Source: Thermodesulfobacteriota bacterium (GTDB taxonomy: Bacteria; Desulfobacterota; Desulfobulbia; Desulfobulbales; SURF-16). From it: 64,000 nucleotides of DNA. The notes below the pieces were generated by a model, which ran no database searches, had not been told where the DNA came from, and was given only the letters and a program-made list of their open reading frames with translations. Shown here piece by piece: positions 56,710 through 64,000 of this stretch (its first letter is position 1; every line of letters begins with the position of its first letter). The stretch spans positions 21,574-85,573 of the forward strand of contig JBMONO010000011.1 in the NCBI GenBank assembly GCA_049323655.1. Direction: 5' to 3'. Position numbers and translations under genes: made by a program.

Positions 56710-56832
56710 AACAAATCCGAAAAAAGTCTTTTTTCACCACAGAGCGCACTGAGGACACAGAGAAAACATCTTTGATTGCAATTAGTTGCCTCTGCGTGCT
56801 CTGTGGGTGATTTTCAGTTTTACGAAACCATC
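56710..56832 (-). repeat. Intergenic element, family A, copy 4 (reversed)
   Basis: AACAAATCCGAAAAAAGTCT..CACCACAGAGCGCACTGAGGACACAGAG...CTCTGTGG.TGATTTTCAGTTTTACGAAACCATC. Confidence 0.8.
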
Positions 56833-56846
56833 AATTAAGGATCGTC

Positions 56847-57437
56847 ATGGACAACAGGCTGCAGAACCTGATCGAGAGGATCAGGGAACTTGAAAATGAG
56901 CTTGCCCGTGATATAGAGAGCAAGGAAAAGGAATTTTTTTATCGGATCCGTGGGAAAAAGGTTCGTTTTGACCGGGAGATCCAAAAACGGCAACACCTGC
57001 TGGTCAAGCGACTGCGTCACTTTCTGCGGGACGCCCCGCTCCTCCATTTTCTCACTGCTCCGCTGATCTGGTCATGTCTGCTGCCGGCCTTATTTCTCGA
57101 CGCAATCGTCTCGGTCTATCATGTCGTTTGTTTTCCCATTTACGGCATTCCCAGGGTCAAACGGGGGGATTATATCGTCATTGATCGTCACTCGCTGCCC
57201 TATCTCAATATCATCGAAAAGCTTAATTGTGTCTATTGCGGCTATTTCAACGGCCTCATCGCGTATGTGCGGGAAATCGCCGCCAGGACGGAACAGTACT
57301 GGTGTCCCATCAAGCATGCCAGAAAAACCCGGGCCGTCCACAGCCGTTACGGTAAGTTTTCCGAATATGGTGACGGTGAGGGCTACCGGAAAGGCATCGA
57401 GAAAATTCGCCGCGATTTTCACGATGTCAGCTCCTGA
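56847..57437 (+). CDS. Conserved hypothetical membrane protein with Cys/His motifs
   Basis: N-terminal coiled coil, hydrophobic segment, NCVYCGYFNG, EQYWCPIKH; AAGGA RBS. Confidence 0.7.
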   Translation: MDNRLQNLIERIRELENELARDIESKEKEFFYRIRGKKVRFDREIQKRQHLLVKRLRHFLRDAPLLHFLTAPLIWSCLLPALFLDAIVSVYHVVCFPIYGIPRVKRGDYIVIDRHSLPYLNIIEKLNCVYCGYFNGLIAYVREIAARTEQYWCPIKHARKTRAVHSRYGKFSEYGDGEGYRKGIEKIRRDFHDVSS

Positions 57438-57466
57438 TCACGACAAGAACAGCAAGAGCTTTCATC

Positions 57467-59125
57467 TTATGCAATTCTCACTGTTTGCACCAGCCCTGCG
57501 ACTCCTCTCTCCCTTTCCGGCAGAAAGCAGAGAATTCCCTCTCCGCCTTCAAGATCAAGCTGCTGCAGGGTCTCTTGCGAAAAACGGACAAAGATCGCTT
57601 TTTTAAAAAATTCGTTGCGGGTCGCCCGTTGGTAACAGGGGGGGAGATCCTGGGGCAGGGTCCGCCATAACCGGTTCTTTTCTGCATTGAGCAGGTTGGG
57701 GTTGAGATGAGGCGGGAGAAAGCGATGACCACTCCGCAGCCAGTCAAAAAGAAGAAGCTCGGTCAAGACGTGGCGGTGGGGATGGTCGGTGATGGCACTA
57801 AGCAAAAGGCTGCTCAGCAGTTCCTGGGTTTTCGCCCGCTGGAAAAAGTCTTCCTGCCGGCAAAGTGAGAGCAGCCGCATGAAGAAGGCAAAACCGTTTT
57901 CACCCCTCTGCCGGATACAGGCGAAAAATGAACGGAAATATCGGTTGTTGGCAAAGGCCTCAACGCATTCACCAAACCAGAACAGCTCCGCCAGCTCTGC
58001 CTGGGGAAGCCAGGCGGTGGCAAGTATCTCATAGGGGGGGGTGCGGCGGTAAACCAGGCCGAATTCGTTTGCCTGATCACGAAGCGGGGTATGCGGTAGA
58101 ACCTTGAGGAGTCCCATCTGGATGTAATGGGGGCCAACGGCAAAGACATCGTTGAAAGAGCGACTGAAGGATTCCTTGGTCTCATAAGGAAGGCCGAGGA
58201 TGAGATCGACATGGAGGTGAATCGTGTCAAGGGCGGCCAGACGCCTGATGACGGCCAGGGAGGCGCTGATATCGCTTTTTCGGTTGATGGCGGAGAGCGT
58301 CGGCGGATGGGTTGACTGAATACCGATCTCAAACTGAAAAAGTCCGGCAGGTACCTGTTGGAGCAAGGCAAACATCTCTTCGGTGAAAAGGTCGGGGGCG
58401 ATCTCAAAATGGAAAAGCGTGCCCACCGGCCGCTGCTCCAGGAGAAATTGCCAGATTGCCAGGCTGCGGCTGGGAGAGGCGTTGAAGGTTCGGTCTACAA
58501 AACGGACGGTGCCGGGAGAGTGGCTGAGAAGAGCAAGTAATTCCTGGCGCACCATCTCGTCGTCTTTGGTGCGGATGCCGCTTTCGCGGGCGGAGATGCA
58601 GTAACTGCACGAAAAGGGGCAACCCCGCGATGATTCATAATAAACGGCGCGGTTGGCAAGATGATCCCGAAAGTCTTCCGGCCGATAAGGGGAAGGGAAA
58701 AGACCGGCCCGGCCGCTTTGATAGCGGGCCGCGAGGGTGGCATCGGCCAGGTCGGCATAAAATCTGCGGTCGATGGCCTCGATTTCACCGTAAACCACGG
58801 TCGTTTTCGGCGGTAGCCGGTCCTGCTCCATGGCTGCGGCCTGCGGGCCGCCGAGGACGATCATGGTCTCCGGCCTGACCGTGGCAAGATCGGTGATGAT
58901 TCGCGCCACCAGCTCGGCGTTCCAGATATAGACCGATAAAAAATAGACGTCCGCCTTCAACCCGATGATGCGCTGGAGGGTGGCAAAATAGGGATCATTG
59001 ATGGTAAACTGGTGCAGGCTGATCTCCATGGCAGGGGCATGTCTTTCAAGCTCGTTGCGTAGATAAAAGAGGCTGAGGCAGGAATGGCTGTAACGGCAGT
59101 TGAAGCTGATCAGGGCGCATCGCAT
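57467..59125 (-). CDS. B12-binding radical SAM protein (DUF4080 type)
   Basis: SVYIWN, LGGP, ESSRGCPFSCSYC, FVDRTFN, HVDLILGLP. Confidence 0.9.
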   Translation of the reverse strand: MRCALISFNCRYSHSCLSLFYLRNELERHAPAMEISLHQFTINDPYFATLQRIIGLKADVYFLSVYIWNAELVARIITDLATVRPETMIVLGGPQAAAMEQDRLPPKTTVVYGEIEAIDRRFYADLADATLAARYQSGRAGLFPSPYRPEDFRDHLANRAVYYESSRGCPFSCSYCISARESGIRTKDDEMVRQELLALLSHSPGTVRFVDRTFNASPSRSLAIWQFLLEQRPVGTLFHFEIAPDLFTEEMFALLQQVPAGLFQFEIGIQSTHPPTLSAINRKSDISASLAVIRRLAALDTIHLHVDLILGLPYETKESFSRSFNDVFAVGPHYIQMGLLKVLPHTPLRDQANEFGLVYRRTPPYEILATAWLPQAELAELFWFGECVEAFANNRYFRSFFACIRQRGENGFAFFMRLLSLCRQEDFFQRAKTQELLSSLLLSAITDHPHRHVLTELLLFDWLRSGHRFLPPHLNPNLLNAEKNRLWRTLPQDLPPCYQRATRNEFFKKAIFVRFSQETLQQLDLEGGEGILCFLPERERGVAGLVQTVRIA

Positions 59126-59339
59126 AGGGTGGATCACCGTGCAGGAATGGAAGAAATAAAGGTCGCCGGGACGGAAGAAAAAGGTCAGTCGACCCGGAGA
59201 AGAAAGTCTTGACAGGTATTACTAAAACATTTTATGAGAAGCTAGCTCTTTTCCGGTAATGCGTACCGGCGCGGCAGCATGGGCCGCTGGCGCTCCATTA
59301 CTTTTCCTGCTAAGACCGTCTATTTTCTGATCAGTACCG

Positions 59340-60128
59340 ATGATTTCCCTGATAACCAGACTCGGTGATTCCTTTTTGTCCGCAATCCGCGAACAGGGCC
59401 GCATGGGGCTTTTTCTTCTCGCCACCCTGAAGGGAATCTTTGCCCGTCCTTTCCGGTTCCGCGAGGTTGTTCGCCAGATCGGCATCATCGGCGCCAATTC
59501 ATTGGGGGTTATTTTTTTCACCGCCCTCTTCACCGGCATGGTCCTCGGCCTGCAAGGCTATTACACCCTGCGCAAGTTCGGTTCCGAGGGACTGCTCGGC
59601 TCCGCCGTCGCCTTAAGTCTCATCCGCGAGCTGGGACCGGTGCTCACCGCCCTGATGGTTACCGGACGGGCCGGTTCCGCCATGTGCGCGGAAATCGGCA
59701 TCATGCGCAACTCCGAACAGCTCGACGCCCTGGAGTGTATGGCGGTTGACCCCTTTCGCTATCTGATCACCCCGAAGTTTCTGGCCACCATGATTTCCAT
59801 CCCGGCCCTGACCCAGATTTTCAATGTCGTGGGGATAGGTGGCGGCTATTTCGCCGGGGTCATCCTTCTCGGCGTCAATCCTGGCGCCTTTTATAACGGG
59901 ATCGAGCAGAGCGTTGTCAATCAGGATATTAACCTCGGCATCGTCAAATCCTTTGTTTTTGCCCTGCTGGTTGTCTGGATCTGCGCCGGCCGCGGCTATT
60001 TTGTTCATATCCTGCGCGGTGCCGGATTCGGCGCCGAAGGGGTCAGCCGCGCCACCACCCAGGCAGTGGTGCTCTCCTCCATTTCCGTGCTGATCTGGGA
60101 TTACCTCATTACCGCGATCATGTTATGA
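59340..60128 (+). CDS. mlaE: MlaE lipid asymmetry ABC permease
   Basis: FTGMVLGLQG, RELGPVLTAL..GR.GSA..AEIG.M, EQLDAL, ATTQAVV. Confidence 0.93.
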   Translation: MISLITRLGDSFLSAIREQGRMGLFLLATLKGIFARPFRFREVVRQIGIIGANSLGVIFFTALFTGMVLGLQGYYTLRKFGSEGLLGSAVALSLIRELGPVLTALMVTGRAGSAMCAEIGIMRNSEQLDALECMAVDPFRYLITPKFLATMISIPALTQIFNVVGIGGGYFAGVILLGVNPGAFYNGIEQSVVNQDINLGIVKSFVFALLVVWICAGRGYFVHILRGAGFGAEGVSRATTQAVVLSSISVLIWDYLITAIML

Positions 60129-60895
60129 GCGAGCCGATCATCGAATTTAAAAACGTTGTCAAGGCATTCGGGGCGCAACGGGTGCTGGATGGGGTTAATA
60201 TCGTTTTCCCCAGGGGGAGAACAACGGTCATTGCCGGCGGCAGCGGTCAGGGGAAAAGTGTCAGTCTCAAGTTGATCCTCGGTCTGCTGCAGCCTGATAG
60301 CGGCGAGATTCTTGTCAACAACCGGGATATTACCGGCATGAAGCGCCGGGAGCTCAACCGGGTCCGGGAGAAATTCGGTGTGCTGTTTCAGGGCGGCGCC
60401 CTGCTCGATTCCATGACGGTCTATGAAAACGTCGCCCTGCCTCTGCGGGAACGAACCCGCATGAAAGCAGGCGAGATCGATCAGCGGGTCCGGGAGATGT
60501 TGGCCCAGTTTGAACTCGACGGACATGAAGAAAAATTTCCGGCTCAGCTCAGCGGCGGCATGCGCAAACGGGCGGGGTTGGCCAGGGCACTGATGCTCCA
60601 GCCGGAGATCATGCTCTTCGACGAGCCGACCACTGGTCTCGATCCGCTCATCACCATGGATATTTACCGGCTTTTTTTCCGGATTCAGAAACAGTTCGGC
60701 TACACCGCGATTATTGTCAGCCACGATATCCCCAAGGTGTTCAGCCTGGCCGATCACGTGGTTTTTCTCAACCGGGGAAAGACGATTTCCTTTGCCAGCC
60801 CGGAAGAGATTTTTTTGAGTCGTGACCCCCATATCATCTCTTTTGCCGCCGAAACCATGGGGCATGTTTACTCCAGTTCAGCGATGGAACAGTAA
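60125..60895 (+). CDS. mlaF: MlaF ABC ATP-binding protein
   Basis: GGSGQGKS, FQGGALLDS, LSGGMRKR, FDEPTTGLDP. Confidence 0.92.
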   Translation: MSEPIIEFKNVVKAFGAQRVLDGVNIVFPRGRTTVIAGGSGQGKSVSLKLILGLLQPDSGEILVNNRDITGMKRRELNRVREKFGVLFQGGALLDSMTVYENVALPLRERTRMKAGEIDQRVREMLAQFELDGHEEKFPAQLSGGMRKRAGLARALMLQPEIMLFDEPTTGLDPLITMDIYRLFFRIQKQFGYTAIIVSHDIPKVFSLADHVVFLNRGKTISFASPEEIFLSRDPHIISFAAETMGHVYSSSAMEQ

Positions 60896-60899
60896 GGTT

Positions 60900-61346
60900 A
60901 TGAAGAAAACCAGTCTTGAATTTTTTGTCGGAGTTTTTCTGATTGTTTCTTTTGCCACCTTTGCCTATATCTCTTTGCAGTTCGGTGAATTCTCGTTTTT
61001 CTCCCAGGGAAGAAACTATACGCTGGTGGCCGAGTTCGACAGTGTTTCCGGCCTGAAAAAGGGCGCGCAGGTATCCATTGCCGGCGTTGATGTCGGCAAG
61101 GTTTCAGCCATCCGTCTCACCGAAGACCAGCAGGCGCGGGTCGAACTCTATCTGAACCGGGATGTGAAAATAACCGAGGATGCCATCGCCTCCATTAAAA
61201 CCCAGGGCATCATCGGCGACAAGTACATCCGCATCAGCCAGGGCGGCTCCGATGTCTTTCTGGAAGAGGGCGGGCTGATCACCGAAACCGAATCGGCCGT
61301 TGACCTGGAAGAGCTGATCAGTAAATATATTTTCGGAGATATATGA
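60900..61346 (+). CDS. mlaD: MlaD (MCE domain) protein
   Basis: F.SVSGLK.GA.V.IAGV.VGKV, IKTQGIIGDKYI, DLEELISKY. Confidence 0.93.
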   Translation: MKKTSLEFFVGVFLIVSFATFAYISLQFGEFSFFSQGRNYTLVAEFDSVSGLKKGAQVSIAGVDVGKVSAIRLTEDQQARVELYLNRDVKITEDAIASIKTQGIIGDKYIRISQGGSDVFLEEGGLITETESAVDLEELISKYIFGDI

Positions 61347-61996
61347 GCAGCGGATACGGCTGGATAAAACGGAAACGGAAACCGTTCTTTTCCTTGATTG
61401 TCTTCCTTCTCCTGGTGGTCTTACTTTATCCGTCTGCAGGCAGGGCTGGTGATGACGCCATGGAGCAGATGCGGGTTTCCATCGATCAGATACTTGCGAT
61501 TCTCCGACGGGATACGCCGGCTCAGCCATGGGAGGAAAAGAAAAGAGAGATTGTCGCTGTTGTCCGACAACGTTTCGATTCTCTGGAGTTGGCCCAACGG
61601 GTGCTGGCCCAGCACTGGCGCGATCGGACGGACGATGAGCGCCGCCGTTTCGCCCAGCTTTTTTCTGATGTGCTGGAAACGACCTACATCAACAAACTGA
61701 GGTCCTACTCCGACCAGGAAATCGTTTTCAAAAAACAGCTCGTCAAGGGCGATAAGGCAATGGTATACAGCGTCATTATCAACAACAAGCAGGAGATTCC
61801 CGTTGATTACCGGCTGCAGTTGAACGGCAGCCAGTGGCTCCTGTATGATATTATTATTGAAGGCGTCAGCCTTGTGCAGAATTACCGGAAACAGTTTGAT
61901 CAGATTATCAAGAAGGAAAAATACGAGGGGCTTATTCTGCGGATGGAAGAAAAAATACGGGAAAACCGGGAAAGGGACAGAACGATCGATGCCTGA
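61343..61996 (+). CDS. mlaC: MlaC/Ttg2D periplasmic phospholipid-binding protein
   Basis: VDYRL, W..YDIIIEGVSLV.NYR.QF. Confidence 0.9.
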   Translation: MSSGYGWIKRKRKPFFSLIVFLLLVVLLYPSAGRAGDDAMEQMRVSIDQILAILRRDTPAQPWEEKKREIVAVVRQRFDSLELAQRVLAQHWRDRTDDERRRFAQLFSDVLETTYINKLRSYSDQEIVFKKQLVKGDKAMVYSVIINNKQEIPVDYRLQLNGSQWLLYDIIIEGVSLVQNYRKQFDQIIKKEKYEGLILRMEEKIRENRERDRTIDA

Positions 61997-62825
61997 AAAA
62001 GAGGGGAGGGGGAAAGATTTGTTCCGGATCAGGGCGCTCATCGGCACGCTGATCGTGCTGATTGCCTTTGTCTGCCTGGCTCCGGCAGAGGATGGCCGTA
62101 CGTTTCCCGTTGCATGGGGCGGGCTGGTCCGTGCGGCTGAAACGGATGTTCTTGATGATGAATTCGATGATGAATTCGCCCGGGAAGAGATCGTCGTCAG
62201 TGACCCGCTGGAGCCGGTCAACCGCGTTTTTTTTCATTTCAACGACAAGCTCTATTTCTGGGCACTGAAACCGCTGGCCCGGGCTTACGGCACCTTTATT
62301 CCGGAGGATTTCCGTATCTGCATCCGCAACGCCTTTCACAATGTGTTGTTCCCGGTGCGTTTTGCCAACAATATCCTGCAGGGCAAATTCGCCAATGCCG
62401 GCATTGAATTTTCCCGTTTCTGCATCAATACCACGGTCGGAATCGCCGGTTTGGGGGATCCGGCCCGGGATGTCTTTCACCTGGAACGGAAGGATGAAGA
62501 TTTCGGACAGACGCTTGGTTTCTGGGGGATCGACAACGGTCTCTATTTCTGCTGGCCGATTCTGGGACCTTCGACACTGCGCGATACGGCAGGGTTTGTC
62601 GGTGATTCCTACCTCAATCCCCTGGCAATTGTCATGGAACACGATCCGGAGGGGGGACTTGCTCTGAGCGGGGGGGAGCGTATCAACAGCACCTCACTGG
62701 TGCTGGGCGATTACGAATCTTTCAAGGAATCTTCCTTTGATCCCTATGTCTCCCTGCGGGACGCCTATGTCCAGCATCGGCGCAGCAAGATCGCGGACAA
62801 CGGCGGCAAGGACTCCGTTTACTGA
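61989..62825 (+). CDS. mlaA: MlaA/VacJ family protein
   Basis: DPLEPVNR.FF.FND, RF.INTT.GI.G, EDFGQTLG.WG, LGPSTLRD, DPY..LRDAY.Q.R. Confidence 0.92.
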   Translation: MPEKEGRGKDLFRIRALIGTLIVLIAFVCLAPAEDGRTFPVAWGGLVRAAETDVLDDEFDDEFAREEIVVSDPLEPVNRVFFHFNDKLYFWALKPLARAYGTFIPEDFRICIRNAFHNVLFPVRFANNILQGKFANAGIEFSRFCINTTVGIAGLGDPARDVFHLERKDEDFGQTLGFWGIDNGLYFCWPILGPSTLRDTAGFVGDSYLNPLAIVMEHDPEGGLALSGGERINSTSLVLGDYESFKESSFDPYVSLRDAYVQHRRSKIADNGGKDSVY

Positions 62826-62832
62826 GAGGTAT

Positions 62833-63321
62833 ATGAAAACACAAACAGAGACGCCGCCGTCATCGGCTCCCGATGCCGCTGCCCTTTCCCATCGGTTTGG
62901 CGCATGTCTCAACGGCTTTTCCGTTGCCGAGATTGCCAGGATTCAGCCGTATCTGCATGACCGTTTTTGTCCGCAGGGAACCGATCTCTGGCAGGAGAAC
63001 GACGTGGCTGATTTTACCGGTTTTCTTTTTCAGGGCAAACTGACGGTGAAGCGGGGGGGGCGATTTCCCGGAAAATTCATCCTTCTCGCCGTTCTCGAAC
63101 CGGGGGCGGTTTTTGGTGAATCGGCCATTGCCGGCGGCCGGAAAAGAAGCGCCATCGTCACTGCCGGGGAAGACTGTCATTATCTGGCATTATCCGCCAC
63201 CGACAGCGACCGACTGTTTGCCGCGGAGCCGGAACTTGGCATCCGGCTGCTGCAGAATATTCTTGCCGTTGCCGGCAGTCGACTGAGCCGGGCTGGCGAG
63301 CGGCTCGCCGAACTGCTATAG
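62833..63321 (+). CDS. Stand-alone cyclic nucleotide-binding domain protein
   Basis: G.L.V, GAVFGESAI, RSA.V.A.ED; no HTH. Confidence 0.8.
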   Translation: MKTQTETPPSSAPDAAALSHRFGACLNGFSVAEIARIQPYLHDRFCPQGTDLWQENDVADFTGFLFQGKLTVKRGGRFPGKFILLAVLEPGAVFGESAIAGGRKRSAIVTAGEDCHYLALSATDSDRLFAAEPELGIRLLQNILAVAGSRLSRAGERLAELL

Positions 63322-63397
63322 GCAGGTGCTGCGTCCCTCTCCCTTCATATCCCCATTTCTCATTTCCCGTTCTTCTTTCCCCGTTTAGCAAAAGAAC

Positions 63398-63425
63398 TTG
63401 ACAAGAAATTAATTTTATTTATAGT
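63398..63425 (+). promoter_or_regulatory. Putative sigma70 promoter for the yceD operon
   Basis: TTGACA-16 nt-TATAGT. Confidence 0.5.
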
Positions 63426-63469
63426 TTCTTGTTTCTTTGCCATGCAAAGAAGTGTATCGGAGTGCGGGT

Positions 63470-63982
63470 GTGAAAAGAATAGATATTTATGAAATCCCTG
63501 ATGAGGGTCTTTCGCTGCACCTTGAAGATGGCGACTGGATCCCCCCTGATGTCGAACAGCACGGGCCGGCGTCGGCTGACGTGCATCTGCAGCGAACCGA
63601 AAAGCGGGTCATGGTTTCCGGTATTTTCTCGGTTCCCGTCGTCCATGTCTGTGATCGCTGCCTGCAAGAGTTTGAGCGGGCCGTGACAGGCACTTTTACC
63701 GTTGACCTCGAACTCCTTGACGAGGGGGTGCCGGCGGAGAAGGTCGACATGGATCATTTCTGCCATGAAGGAGAAATGGACATGGATTTTCTGCAGGGCA
63801 GCTTGATCGATATTGTTGATATCCTGCAACAGCAGGTCTATCTGGCCATGCCCATGAAAAAATTGTGCGCGGAGCAGTGCCGTGGCATCTGCAGCGGCTG
63901 CGGCGCGAACCTCAATGCCGAGCCGTGCCGATGCAAGGCGGGAAGCGATACCCCCTTTGCCGTGCTGGCAAGACTGAAGTAA
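63470..63982 (+). CDS. yceD: DUF177/YceD family protein
   Basis: CDRCL, PMKKLC...C.GIC..CG.NLN...C.C, PFAVL..LK; start uncertain (63437 or 63470). Confidence 0.9.
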   Translation: MKRIDIYEIPDEGLSLHLEDGDWIPPDVEQHGPASADVHLQRTEKRVMVSGIFSVPVVHVCDRCLQEFERAVTGTFTVDLELLDEGVPAEKVDMDHFCHEGEMDMDFLQGSLIDIVDILQQQVYLAMPMKKLCAEQCRGICSGCGANLNAEPCRCKAGSDTPFAVLARLK

Positions 63983-64000
63983 ACGGAGCTTGTGAGTTAT

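Noticed and set aside
50728-59125. Magnetosome gene island around the mamK genes
   Set aside because: No mamA/B/E/I/M/O/P/Q, mad or feoB-like ORFs nearby; the flanks are ordinary genes. Magnetotaxis cannot be inferred from this window.

Overview
GC-rich bacterial chromosomal window. Gene content (pilS/pilR, CarD, DUF1844, AmmeMemoRadiSam B, a UshA-like selenoprotein, Geobacter-like PilA) suggests a Desulfobacterota (deltaproteobacterial, probably Desulfobulbales-like) genome; this is inference. Left to right: the end of a yedF-csd-DUF3343 selenium/sulfur-trafficking operon; a type IV pilus locus (fimT-pilW-pilV-pilX, a giant multidomain pilY1, an inverted vapBC-type TA module, sigma54-driven pilA and an ABC/TPR trio); then mostly housekeeping genes (cysS, serA, ispE, prs, rplY, pth, carD, rluD, purM, pilSR, dusB, tkt, lptE, leuS, dnaB, rplI, rpsR, rpsF, mazG, ppaC, rarA, mlaEFDCA, yceD) and three tRNAs. 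Main findings: (1) a three-gene cassette of two MamK-family actins flanking a membrane-anchored coiled-coil gene, with no other magnetosome gene in the window, a candidate stand-alone cytoskeletal system; (2) a selenoprotein that the ORF track splits in two (C-G-U motif with an adjacent SECIS-like hairpin, fused to a tetraheme cytochrome c domain); (3) several families of small intergenic elements that share one terminal inverted repeat; (4) a readable PilR/sigma54 control region and a compositionally foreign pilA segment. Family calls come from motif recognition by eye, not database searches.
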